The notes beneath the pieces were generated by a model that saw only the letters and a program-made list of their open reading frames with translations, made no database searches and was not told the DNA's origin. A stretch of DNA of 64,000 nucleotides from contig OZ336885.1 of assembly GCA_965287045.1 (NCBI GenBank), forward strand, positions 21,824,001-21,888,000, read 5' to 3'. Shown one piece after another: positions 49,326 to 61,729 of the stretch (position 1 is the stretch's first letter; every line of letters starts with the position of its first letter). The position numbers and the translations under genes are program-made. The DNA is from Carcharhinus amblyrhynchos (lineage: Eukaryota).

Positions 49326-50990
49326 ATTTAATAAAGTTTGTTACATTCAAATGATTTTATTCCATTTCTTGTCTTTACCTCTGCTACTTTGCCCAAGATA
49401 TAGGCCTGTTTTTATTGCTGAAAGATACGTTAGAATTAGTTACCCATGTGAAGCAATAATAGATAAGTATACCAACTTATTGTTTCATAGAAACTCCTTA
49501 AACACAATTTCCTGTGTGAAGTGTTTTATGCTGAAACTTTCTGACCCACATGCAATAGTCCATTTAAATCCCCACTGACTTGGTGGGACTGGAAGATTCA
49601 ACCACTGGGAAGGGCCAGAAAATACCACCCCTAGTTTCTGTAGTTCTACACTTACATTTCTAAAAAACAATATTCTGATGATGTAAGGATTTTTTTTGAG
49701 GGATGTAAGTCTTCAGCTTAAAATGTTTTCACCAAGTGAAACAGAGCAAACTATGTGTGTTAAAATGTCAGTCAGTTATTAGGGCCATTATTCATCTTCA
49801 GCATTACGAGTTTAATTTTAAAGTTGGCTCATGCCAGGTCTAAAGTAGGTTACGTGACCCAATTGGTACCATTTTAGAGTAGCCTCTTCTGCTTTCTGAC
49901 CCTTCTGATTGCTGACATTCCCACCTGCTGAGCCTCCTTCTTGGTGGCTCTCTACCTTACCTTACCGTAGCAACTCGAAACTGCTTTTGCTGCTCATCTC
50001 ACAAACCCTCGCTCACACATGAGCAGGAAGTTTGGTGAGGGGGAGGTCAACACAGTAAAAAGTCTGACAACACCAGGTTTTAGTCCAACCGATTTATTTG
50101 ATAGTAAACTCACTAACTCACTAGGGGGAGGTTGACAGGAGAGAGGCAAGCGCTGAGGCTGGGGACTGGGCGAGCCAGACAGAATGTGAGCTGGAATATC
50201 AGGAAATTGGAGAGGCAGCAAGCTAGAGAATTGAGGAGTCAAGAGGTAGTAAGCATAGGGTTGGGATTGGGAGAGCAGGCGAGCCAGGGAGGTAGTGAAA
50301 GGGAGTGACAATGAATTGGAGGTAAGTACAAAACAATTTTCTTCTATATTTAATTTTTTTTAAGTCTTGTCATTTACAAATTGAATAATTTAGCAATGTA
50401 AGGTATTTCAACTTACAACATATCATATTTTAACCTTGTTTTTGATGAGAGAGGTGCTACAGAACGTAACTACAGCCTTTACATTGATTTATAATGGTGA
50501 AATTCCGATTTGCTCTTTGTTTCATTCAAAGTTATACTTTCCAGAAATGGAACTACAGTGTTAAATGAGGAATTGTTGTGGCTTTCTTAGCCTTCTTCAA
50601 GAAGTGCTCAAACCCAGACTTGCTTCTTGTCTAATGATTGACTAAGGACTATTTTCTTTGGATGAAACTTAAGTCTCCTTGATGGAGGTTGACTCCAGAA
50701 TTACAGACCTAGTAAAGACTGGAATCAAGTGAACATTTCATGACATACTTGATAGTCCACAATGTGAGAAGACAGGTCAATGATACTTTAGTTGTCTTGT
50801 TTTTCATTGATTACCTAGCCTACCACATTCACAGGAGATGCAGAACTGTCATTGCATGTTAGTATACCTCTTTGCAGCAGATTACCCTGCATACTGTGTT
50901 GCAGTGGGGAGGATGCTTATGGCTAAACAGGTAGTAAGAAGTGTATCAGTTCTCTGTATTGGTAAGCTGCGTGGTTAGATGCCAGTTGTA

Positions 50991-51071
50991 CATCAAAAGC
51001 AGAAAATGCTGGAAAATCTCAGCAGATCTGACAGCATCTGTGGACAGAGAATGGAGCTAATGTTCCGAGTC
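50991..51071 (-). repeat. Penelope-type terminal repeat fragment
   Basis: aaaagcagaaaatgctggaaaatctcagcagatctgacagcatctgtgg, same as the 33.4 and 34.0 kb copies; truncated by the SINE. Confidence 0.75.
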
Positions 51072-51072
51072 A

Positions 51073-51379
51073 GGAAACATGTGGCACAGTGATTAGCACT
51101 TCTCCCTCACAGCACCGGGGATCCAGGTTCAATTGCCTTGGCTGACTGTGTGGAGTTTGCACGTTCTTCCTGAGTCTTCATGGATTTCCTCCAGTACTCT
51201 GGTTTCCCCCCACACTTCAAAGATGTGCAGGTTAGGTTGATTGGCCATGGTAAATTGCCCCTTAGTGTTAGGGGAACTAACAGGGTAAATAAATGGGATT
51301 ACGGGAGTGAGGCCTGGAGATTGTGGTCGGTGGGCCAAATGACCTCCTCTTGCAGTGTAGGGATCCTCTGATTCTATGT
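51073..51379 (+). mobile_element. HE1-type V-SINE with CR1 (HER1)-like tail
   Basis: gtggcacagtgattagcact...aggttcaatt...tgtgtggagtttgcacgttct...ggccatggtaaattgcccc...gtagggatcctctgattctatg. Confidence 0.88.
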
Positions 51380-51959
51380 GCATTCGGTATTAGACCAATG
51401 GAAATTACAACTGTAAAGTTTTTTCTGGTTGTGTGTTTTCATGCCTCACTGATAGTCAATTAAATAATATTCTGTCCTAATGAAAGGTAGCTTCCTTTTC
51501 TCATTTCAGAATCTTGTTAGTATCAAAGTTCATCAATGCCACAGACACTGGCATGTTACATTTACACATTAGTGCCAATTTTTTTACAGTGGTGAGATTT
51601 TAACATGACTATGATGAGGAATGCGAGTCACTTTCATTTTAAAGAAAGCCTGTTTAACTGCTTGGTGTTCAGAAGTGGTACATTTCAGTGGTACATTTCT
51701 AATACATTTTTAATTGTAGTGGGCTTTTTGAAAAATGTGAACTGTTTCATATTGTTTGCTATTTCTGTATTTTGACTGACTATAGGTATAACTGAGTTTG
51801 TGTAATAGGAGTAGAAATCATACGAGAGTATTAAATTTTGGCAAAATGTACCACAATTAGCAGTGATTTTTGGATCAAATCAGAAATATTCACATTGTCT
51901 CTAGGCAATGACAATTAAAATCTAATACAAATGAAGTGCATCTGAAGATGAGTAAAGTA

Positions 51960-53000
51960 CAAGACAGGTGAATGGAATACAAAGAAATTGGCAATCATTT
52001 ATCAAGCAATGGAAGCACATGCTTAGAAAAAGTGCTGTTAACACTGGCCTCTTGCCAAGGCAGCACCTTCAGTTGTACTTTCCTGCTGTCAGCCTGAGTA
52101 CAGCATGAGAGCAGCTTATGCAATTTTACCTTGAAGCTGTGATGAGGAACAAGGGGAGCAGCAACATTGGTAGCACCATACCAGCAAGCGCATAACTAGC
52201 AACAGCATCAGCTGCCTTTGTCTCAGTCACATGCCAGAGCGCAGAGGAGATGAATCCAGTGATCCGGCTCCAAGGAGGTGAAACCCCAACACAGATACAG
52301 GCAAAGGATCAACCCTCTCAACATATTTGAACACCAGTGCTCCAAGAAGCTCAGGCTAAGACAGTAGGTAATTGCTGATATTGTAGCCTTCTGGAAGAAG
52401 ACCTCCTTCCCATTTGGACCAAATGGATACATACTGTCAGTGGCCATCACTGGAGGGCTATCCTATGTGATGTCCAGGAAGGAGTGCCCCTTCCACTTCA
52501 AGTCTCTACTTCTATCCAAGATTATGCTCTGCCTCCTACTGTAAGGAGAGAAAGCAGAGAAATGGGTATTAGAAATAGCTTGTGTGAAAAGGAGGGAATG
52601 AGATTTAGGGAAGGTAACTATGAGGGATGGTATGTGAGCTGATAACAGGATGTGGGTGAGTGTAAATATTGGCTCTCAATATAGGGATGTGAGGAGTTTC
52701 CTGGAGATGAATGAGTATGTTAGGAAGAACTGTTTACCAGAGGAGCACTGTGCAGGAAAATACTGGGAAGGTCAGGAAGTGGGGCTTGGAATCTGAAGGT
52801 GTTTTGCCCTCCTGAATCCTCTTGGTGAACTATTACCAAACTGGAGGGGACATACTCCTAATGCTGACTTCCTTGTCCTTTTCCATGCATAACTGTTTGG
52901 TTCGGCCTCTTCCTCTTGTCCTTGCAAATGATCACCTCACTGCAGCCTCTCCAATCCTGCAGCAGGACCTCCGTGTAAGAGCCAGAGACCCAAGAAGCAT
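51960..53000. mobile_element. PIF/Harbinger remnant: transposase N-terminus (+) and Myb/SANT-like gene (-)
   Basis: + strand PQHRYRQRINPLNIFEHQCSKKLRLRQ...LLEEDLL...GPNGYILSVAI (~52284-52450); minus strand EVLLQDWRGCSEVI (~52925-52972) followed by a decayed W..Q..KR region. Confidence 0.65.
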
Positions 53001-53009
53001 CTTACCCTG

Positions 53010-55330
53010 AATTGGCATGAATGTACTCTCTGTTGACTCTTTAGATGGCAAGGCATTCGAAAAATCCTCCTAAAGGGTATCATGCTTTGTCAACAACTTT
53101 CTCAATTTGTTTGATCCCTGTCAAAGATGTGTGTATTCAGATCTTTCTGGTCCTGCAGGCCTTTAAAATTGTACCATTTAGCTTATATTTCCTCTCCCCA
53201 TTTTTCTCATCAAAATATACCACCACACTTCTCCACATTAAATTTCATCTGATACTCCCTTCCTGACTGTTTATTTGATTACTGAAACTTTGAAATTATG
53301 CCTGATATTCCTGAGTCCAGCTTAATCATACTGGATATATCAAACAGGACAGTGGTCCCAAGACCAAAGTCTGGGGAAGCCACTTTATACTGAAAAACAA
53401 TATTCACCACTACCCTGTGCTTTCTTTCCCTTTTATAACCACAGTACCACTACCCCTTTAAATTCATAGGCTTGTTAGCAAAATTGAATTCTATTATGTG
53501 CTACTTAATCAAATGCCTTTGAAAGTTCATACACACATCGACTGACGGGGGTCATAAACCAGCCTGTTGCCTCCATGTTGTAGTACCAGCTGGTCACTTT
53601 GACCCCTCCAGAGTTTCAGACAAAAATTGAGAAGATGGTCATTAACCTCTTCTGGGACAAAAGTTGCAGTGGGTCACTATTGAGGTTCTGAGTCTCCCTC
53701 TTTGGGAGGGCGGTCAGGCACTGGTATGTCTCCCCACACAAATAACAACCTTCTGTGTTCAGATACTGCAGCATGACCTATATGTTTTGTTTAGGCATTG
53801 TATTTCTTTTGCCAGGTGCACAGCCTGAATTATGACGTGCAACTTCTGTTTGTAGACTTGAGGCATCTTTGGAACTCCTTACAGGCATTGTCTGTCTTTT
53901 ACCCGGGCTTGATCAAAGTCTGGAGCGCAATCGCCTCATGCTGCACCTCTGTGTCAAGAGTAGTGACTGTTGTGAGGGAGCTGCTGCTCAGGAATCCTCT
54001 GCTATAACTCCAGGTGGCTGGCAGAAAGGGTGATGTGGCTGCTGAAGTGACCAGAATGGGGACATGCTGAGTGATGGGAGAGCGGGCTAGATTGTCCCCT
54101 TTGAACTGGGGCATTAGAGATTGGTAGGCATCCAGCTCAGGGCTGATGCCTTCCAACGCCTTAAAATAATATTGCTTGGCCCCAATGGCACACAAGGTAT
54201 CAAAAATGCTCATCTGTGTGTACCTGCTTGGATGGATTTCACATGGGCCCAAGCCTCAAATCTTCCCCTGTATGACATGCTCCACAATCTGAGTTATCTT
54301 TAGCACAGTGCTGAGGGGTTTCCTGTATGGACTGTTGCTGCATACCTTTCATCTCCTTGCCTTCACTCACTGTCCAGACATACCCTGACATGCATTATTG
54401 TCGCCCAATGGTGAGTTCCCCAGTGGAGGGCTCTCTACGTTCTTCCTGTACCATCGAGGATCTGGGGTGGTGGGTATTGCATGCAGCAGTCCCATACAAC
54501 CATAGGCTATGGATTCATGGACTCCAAAGATGCATGTGAATTTTGTGGGCTTGTGGAGTCTGTGATTCACACATATGTAAGCTGCCCTAGCCTGCACCCT
54601 GTGTTTAGTTTTTTGGAAAACCTGCTACTTTCTTTTTGCTTTCACTTCAGTCCCACCCTCCTGGTCTTTGGGCATCTGAAGGAGGAGGATCTCCTCATGG
54701 GCCTGCTCCTTGGCCTAGCTAAGCTGGCCATTTAAAGGTCTGAGTAGCAGCCAGTCAGGGAGTTGTCTGTCTGCCCCTTTTCCGCAACTATGTTCACTGC
54801 TGAATGCCCCTGGAAAGGGAGCACATGGTGTTTGCCGGCACCATCAAAGCCTGTTTACTTTGACGCAGCATCCCGTTAAGGAGTTGCATTTTAATTTATC
54901 CCTCAACTTGTTGATTTAGTTTATTTGGTTAATCAGAAGAAGCGTACATCAACTGCACTATCCTTTCTGTTACTTCATCACGGGGCTCAATAAAGTTAGT
55001 CAAGTGCAATTTTTCCATAAGCAATAAATGACATTTATTAATTCATATTTTTACAAGTAACAATTAATTTTATTTTTGACTATTGCAGTTGCAAGTTTCC
55101 CCACCACCAATATTTGGCTGACTTGCTAATAGTTGCTGAGTTTATCTACTTCCTTTTTTGAACAGTAGGTGTAACATTTGCACTGCTGCAGTCCTCTGGC
55201 ACTGCTCCCTTCTCAAATGAGAATCAGAGGATTGTGGCTAGAGCCACCACTACTTCCACCTGCCTCAACAACATAGAATGAATTTCATTTGGATTTTTCT
55301 ACTTTGAACGCTGCTGATCTTTATTTTTAT
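53010..55330 (-). mobile_element. Old CR1 fragment split by a Tx1-like insertion
   Basis: Minus strand D-QRHLIK (decayed DFQKAFDK, ~53505-53530); continuation at 54956-55330. Confidence 0.7.
53545..54945 (+). mobile_element. Tx1-like (L1 clade) LINE 3' part
   Basis: VINQPVASMLxYQL...; DLGWWVLHAAVP; zinc knuckle CEFCGLVESVIHTYVSCPSL...FSPTLLVFG...LLGLAKLAI (ORF 54481-54735); TSD ACATC(G/A)ACTG at 53535-53544 and 54946-54955. Confidence 0.85.
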
Positions 55331-55744
55331 CCTAACCAATTTCTCTAATTCCTCCTTTACTGTGACATTAAATTCATTATAAGAATGCAGTTATTGCCAT
55401 TGCAGCATTTGGCAGCAGTACAGTTAATTGCTTGAGGTGTTTTGTACAAGTATGTTCCATCTATTTGAGTATGTTATTGTGCAGTATGTTACTGAACTAC
55501 ATTATTTGATAGTTGATGCTATTTCATATGTTTTGCTGTGAGGTTTTTTAAGGATAATCGGAATAAGTTGTAAAGCTGCTGCTGATCACTTTTCACAATG
55601 ATTAGTTGTGAAGTCATTATCATTTCCCATCAAAAGGTCATTGTTTTATATATAGAGGCTTAGCAACAATGAATAATTATTAATAATTAATTAAGAGGTA
55701 GTAGTTAAGAAATACATACTGTTCATGGGGCAGGACCAATCATA

Positions 55745-56170
55745 TAGTAGCTTTAAAAAAACATATCCCAAGGTACTTCACTGAAGTGTGAGAGTAAGTG
55801 GATGCCAAATCTTAATCAAAAACTGAGAAAATAATTTAAAAATATTTGATTTTGTTATCCAGATGTAGATGACACAGGCAAGGCTGCATTTATTGCCCAT
55901 TCCTAATTGCTTTAATTAGCCCCAGCTTCTCTGCAGGAATTAAATGGGCAGTCAGTTTGCACACAGCAAGGTCTCCTCCGTATAAGATGATTGACCAGTT
56001 AATTTGTTTTTGTTTGAGAGCGGAATGTTGGCCAATTGGAACCACCGCTTAGTGTTCTTCAGATAGAACTGTGAAATCTTTTGCTGTCCATCTGACAGTA
56101 AAGTCCTCTTTGCGCTCAAATTTCAGAACATATTATGTGCTGGAACCTTCAATTCAGAAGCAAGATGCTA
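55745..56170 (-). mobile_element. DeuSINE fragments, mixed with another SINE tail at ~55855-55915
   Basis: gggcagtcagtttgcacacagcaagg...gaatgttggcc...ttcttcagatagaactgtgaaatcttt. Confidence 0.6.
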
Positions 56171-56677
56171 CAAATATGATACTGTAAAAAATCTACTTTG
56201 CATTTCATGTAGGTTTTAAGTATGATATTTAGCATGCCTGGATCCCAGCTGACAGGTTAACAATTAACTGAGTAACATTTTACTGTTAAGAATGGCAGAG
56301 TAAACAGAAAACTATATGCCTAAAGAACATGACCTCAAAATTATGTGATAGCGCAGACTTAATTCAGTAGAAATTAATAGGGGATAACGTAATGGCACAA
56401 GCCTACATATCCCATCATAAAAAATGATATAATAAAGATTTGTACCCATGGTTCTGACAGACTTGAGTTTGCAGTGTCACCCATGCCATTGGTGAGATAG
56501 GCAAAACCAATGTTAGGCACAGTTTGAAAGAAAGAGAGGTTAGGTTTTACATCAGATTCCTCTCATGCATCTCATGTTGGCTGTCTAAAAAGCAGCTATT
56601 TAATCAAATACATTGATGTAGTTCTGCCATCTCTGTTGGACAATAGTGGATGGCCAAACTTGAATGAGGTAAATGAT

Positions 56678-57186
56678 TTAATTTATTATTGTCACATGTA
56701 TTGGTACACAATGAAAAGTATTGTTTCTTGTGCACTATCCAGACAAAGCATACCATTCATAGAGTACATAGAGGAGTAGGAAAGGATAGGGTGCAGAATG
56801 TAGTGTTACAGTTATAATTAGGGTGTAGAGAAAGATCAACATAATATAAGACAGGTGCATTCAAAAGTTTGATGGCAGCAGGGAAGAAGCTGTTCTTGAG
56901 TCTGTTGGTAAATACTTTCAAACCCTTGTGTCTTTTTCCCAACGGAGGAAGTTGGAAGAGATTATGCCTGGAATGCATGGGGTCCTTGATTATACTAGCT
57001 GCTTTTCCGAGGCAGCGGGAAGCATAGATAGAGTCAGTGGATGGAATGCTGGTTTGCGTGATGGACTGGGTTGCTTTCATAACCGTTTGTAGTTTCTTGT
57101 GGTGTTGGACAGAGCAGTAGTCACACCAAGCTGTGATACATCCAGAAAGGATGCTTTCTACAGTGCATCTGTAAAAGTTGGTAAAC
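56678..57186 (-). mobile_element. Rex1/Babar LINE 3' end
   Basis: Open ORF 56757-57188 FYRCTVESILSGCITAW...YASRCLGKAASIIKDP...RLKNSFFPAAIKLLN; tail catgtgacaataataaa. Confidence 0.88.
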
Positions 57187-57269
57187 AAAATAAGGGTTTA
57201 TGTTTACAATTAAAAACAATACTTCTAGCAGGTATGGAACATTAGAAAAATGAATCTATTTTTGGAATA

Positions 57270-57452
57270 TTAGTTGAGAGAGATTTGCCAGGATTCTGGG
57301 ATAAGATCTTGGACTTGAATGAATAGTGCTGAGGAATTCTTTAGTCTGTGTGCACAGGTGGTTGAACCTCCATGTAATTTAGCATTCATAAGATGGTTTC
57401 TCCAACATTGCAGCATTTACTCAGTTTATTATTGAAGTGCCGGCCTAGATAA
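57270..57452 (-). mobile_element. DeuSINE fragment
   Basis: ttgccaggattctggg...gaatagtgctgaggaattcttt...ctccaacattgcagcat. Confidence 0.55.
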
Positions 57453-57469
57453 TGTGAAAATTAACGTTT

Positions 57470-57655
57470 TGAGGGATTCTCTGGCCTCCCCGCAGGCAAT
57501 TTTGCAGCGGGAAGCAGCATGCCACTGGCTGGCATCTTCTGGTCAATGGGATTTCCCATTGACTGCACTACATCGCCGGGAGACCCACGGCGGGGCTGTG
57601 CTATTGACACCATCAGAAGATCCCGCTGACGGTAGAAGTCGGAGAATTCTGACTT
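57470..57655. mobile_element. ~190-bp MITE
   Basis: Ends gggattctctgg / ggagaattctgac; inverted homologue of 59414-59622. Confidence 0.7.
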
Positions 57656-59413
57656 AAATGTTTGTCCAGGTAAGCCAAATTTATTATTGTCTGCCAATTC
57701 CATTTTCTGCTGACCTACAACATTTAGGATTGCCAGAAATAGCTTGATTTGGAGTTGATCGTAATTCTGTACATTTTTGAATATGATAATCAATTATATA
57801 TTGCGCAGTCCTGATGATAAAACAGAATTGAGGTATTTGTTTTAAATTTAAATTGGTTATACTATTTATCATTCACTAAATAGTTTTGTGCCCTAAATGT
57901 AAATTAAAAGATGAAGTGCTCAATTTTGTGAACGTATATTATAGTGCCCCTTAAAGTTTTATTATATAAATAGAGCTTGGTTTTAGGGAGACTACATTGT
58001 TTGATTTATTTATTTTCTGCTTCACCAATCTTCTCCTCCTCCCCTTTTTCATGTGGACCTTGACAGTTGTGTTTATTCAAGTATTGGCAATGTTTAGCGA
58101 ACAATCCCGGTCTTTTCTTTATGACTTATCCTTCAGCAGCCAGATAGGGATCAAGAGTGGAAACTGTGATCTATTTTCTCTTCTTCAGATATTGAGACCA
58201 GTTGCAGAGGCCCTATGTAGTTGGAATTAAGTAATTCAGCACTAACTAGCCATCAAACCAGAGGTGCCTGAATTGCAAATACACAACTCTACTGCCCAGA
58301 AATTTTTTAAAATTTAGTTAAAAGTATGTATCCTTCTGTTTTCATTCTTCCCAAGTAGCAGTCCAGGCTAAGTTTCCTAGGACCCTGAGCTGTTCTTAAG
58401 GATGTGAAACTGCTAGTTAATAGTCGCCTATCTGTGCCACTGTGGAATTGCAGGTGTATGAGAATGGAATCGAATGTGGTGTGGTTTGGGGTGGAGGTAG
58501 GGAAGGTGAAATCACAGACATAGTCCAGTGAATGAGCTCCAGTGCACTGTACTATGACAATGTGCCATCAATCCTGAATGTTTTAAAGCATTTTTTGAGG
58601 GTCATTGTAAATTGTTGATTTTATTTTGTTCAAAGTAATTAGCAAAGCCCAGGAAATATTGACTGAACAATTTGGTTTAACTATTGATGAGCTAAGAAAA
58701 GTTTTTTAATTAAGTGAACTTTTTAATCTATTTAGATGAAAATATCTAGGAGACACCAACCCCATAGTCTTCAAAAAGAAGTTGTGTTTGAAAGGTGAAG
58801 CTAAGTTTCAAGCTAGCCACAAGTTTGAATGCGTGCGTCCACATTTTAGTGTTGACATCCATAGCTGCTCATTTTGTTACTGTGAGCTCTTTGACTCACA
58901 ATAACCTGTAAAATGTAATGTGGCTGTACTCCAATTTTTGTTGTAAACTTTGCTTGTGAAATGTTTATGAGCCAGATGCTCTTGAGGAAAAGATTAACTT
59001 CAACAGTAAAACTTGCGTGCAATATGGTAAAAAATGTTTTTGGCATAAAAATCAATTTTGTTTACTTGCCGTACTGTATTATATGTTACATTCTGCCTTA
59101 TTTGAAGTCAAATATTAGAATTATAATCAGATGTTCACAATTGTGATTATTTGATTTTAAGATTTCAGTTGTCCTGTATTATATATGTATATGCTTGCAG
59201 TATTAATTAGACGTTAGTGCATTCAAGTTTTTTGGATATTTTGTTGTCAATAAATTGTTTTGGATACATTAGTCAATTGGTAAGTGGAAGACTTTCCACA
59301 CTCAGAAACATGTTGAAAGGAATTTCAAATCTACAATACTTTTAAACTTAAAAATTTGTATCAACACTGCTTCTGCATAGTAAATGCACCAACAGAAAAT
59401 AAGATATCGTCAT

Positions 59414-59622
59414 GGCTGGAATTCTTTGGCTGTTCACGCAAGCGGGATTCTCTGGTGCTGCTGCAGTATGCCCCTGACTATGGGCTTCCCGGCGACATGG
59501 GATGGCTTCAGTTGGAAATCCCATTGACAGCAGTGGGACCAGAGAAGCCTGTATCCAGCATACGGCACAGCCCCTCCCGTCACCTAGTAACACGCAACTG
59601 GGAGGCTGGAGAATCCTGCCCA
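59414..59622. mobile_element. ~210-bp MITE with nested inverted repeats
   Basis: Ends ggctggaattct / agaatcctgccc; internal ttctctggt / accagagaa. Confidence 0.75.
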
Positions 59623-60289
59623 AAATTTATGAAAAACTAGAAAGACTTTTTTCCTGAAGTGTTCCTTTAGTTTAAGGTCATATTGAATTTCCAGGAATCT
59701 GAAATACTAAAATTACAGAAATTGTGAAGTATTTTGGAAGCAGCACTAAAGGGATTATGGCACTTAAGTTAATCAAGCTGCTTCACTATGCAGTCAGGTT
59801 GGGACCTAAATCTGGGCTTATGTTACAAACATTTAGCCTTGCTCCAGCTTGCAAGGTGAACATGCTTGATGATTTATAGGGTTTGTTGTTGCAATATTAA
59901 TTTTGCACCTTTTCTTAAAGGTAGCATCTCACCTGGAATTCATTTACATTAATACATTAGACTATCAGCACAGTCCAGACTTGGGTTATGGTATTCTGAA
60001 TTTTAAAGTGTGGAGCATGTTATGGTTAAGATTAGGTGCTTGAGTAAATTTATTGCAGGAACCCAGTTAAATATTTAATGTCGTCCCAGGAAAATTTTAT
60101 AGTCATAGATTAGAATGAAGAACCATGTGAACTGGAAAGACAAATGGATTCTAAAAGAAATTATTTGGGTCCAAAGTTTAATTTGACAATGTTATTAGAA
60201 TTTGGTAGTTTGAGTGAGAAAGCAGGGAAGTTTCAGATCTGTTTTTTAGGCAAGGTTGAAATGCAATCGTATGATTTTCACTTTATTGG

Positions 60290-61720
60290 ACAGAAGTGCA
60301 GTCCTCATCTGACGGGGTTGGGGGGGGGGGGGGGGGGCGGGGTGGTGGGGCGGTGAGATTGTGGCCTGGCAACTATCTGGGTGCCTGGAATAGCTGCTGA
60401 TACCTTATCCTCCCTCCCCCCACCCCCTATCACCAGCAGCAATGTAACACCCCCCGCTTGCAGCGCGGGTCACTGGCATTGGGCATCAGGACCCTCCCTA
60501 TGCATCCCTCATCACAGCCCCTCTGCAGCCCATCCTGCACAGCACCTCAGTGCCAGTTTCTCCCATGTGCCAATCACTCGCTGTATTCTTCCCTTGCATA
60601 GACCACCCCCCTGCAGAATTCTGTCCCTCCCCACACAGTGCTTCTTCCCCAGCAGTGCTTTTTCCCCTCTCCCCTACAGAGCTCCTGCTCTCCTTCCACA
60701 GAGCTCCCTCCATCCCCTTGCCTCCCACCCCCAATTGGGCTCCGCCTCTACTAAGCTCCACCCTCTTGGCAGTGCCCCTGGCATTGTTATGGTGCCTGGT
60801 GACAGTGCCAGGGTGCCCAGTTGCACTGCCTAGCTATGCCACCGATCACCTGGGGGTTTCAGTGGCCTCCGGTACTCCCTAGTGAGGTCATCATGTCTGG
60901 TCTCGGCTGGTGAAGATCAGCTGTGATTGTCGCCAGTGTGAGGTCCAACCAGTGAGGAGGCAAGTGTCTGTGAGGCTGGAAGATGCTGTGTGAAACACGT
61001 CAATGATATGTCATTGGCAAAAGGGCACAAAGCCATTTCCGCCAGCAAAACAATGCCTGTAACTCTGTATGTGACATGAAAATGGGTGCGAACCCAATTT
61101 TTTGCACCGCAAGCAATCTTACCAGCCCGGCATGGCAAGTCAGTAAGATCGTGCCCTGAGTGTCATAAAACCTTGAAAACAGGAGTGTTCCACACTAGTT
61201 TTTTAGGCGTGTTCGGCATTGCAATCTTCACACACTTAGTTTTTCTGATGGCTGGGAGATTTGCTCCAGTGGCGTTTGGGAGGGGGAAGTGGAGTCTAAG
61301 CATGTCCCAGAAGCAGGCTGCAGAGAGCTCAGCTGTCATTGCACAGAGTGCCTTGTTCTCCCAGTGAACTGGGAGACCTCTCCTCCACCAGTATCAGCAA
61401 CATGTTCTCCCAGACATGATGTCTGACATTAGGGCATCAAGACCCTCCTGATGTGTCCCCTGGTAGACTCCCAATGTTTCTTCCTCATCCCAACCCCCTT
61501 GCATAGCCCGCTCCCCCTCCTCCTGCAGCCCCCTCCCTTCCCTCTCTCCTTTTCTGGGCACAAAGCCGACCTCTCTGGCAAAACAGGCTGGGTGCAAGTC
61601 AGTTTTTTAGCCTCGACCGCTACCTTCCCATCTTGCCACATTGGTCGCCCAGTGCCGCAAACCGGTAAGCTCACATCCACAATGTTTTGGTCTCAACTGC
61701 TTTCTGTGATGGCAAATTTC
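60290..61720. mobile_element. Probable Harbinger-derived non-autonomous element(s), GC-rich
   Basis: TIR-like end cttaccagccc...gtaagatcgtgccc (~61118-61157) similar to other MITE ends; boundaries uncertain. Confidence 0.4.
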
Positions 61721-61729
61721 ACAGGCTCA

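Noticed and set aside
50120-50327. Purine-rich stretch ending in GAG|GTAAGT as an exon
   Set aside because: No clear acceptor or homology; resembles a repeat 5' UTR
55671-55695. AT-only palindromic stretch
   Set aside because: Low complexity
56757-57188. 143-aa open ORF as a domesticated gene
   Set aside because: Plain 5'-truncated Rex1 LINE end with its tail
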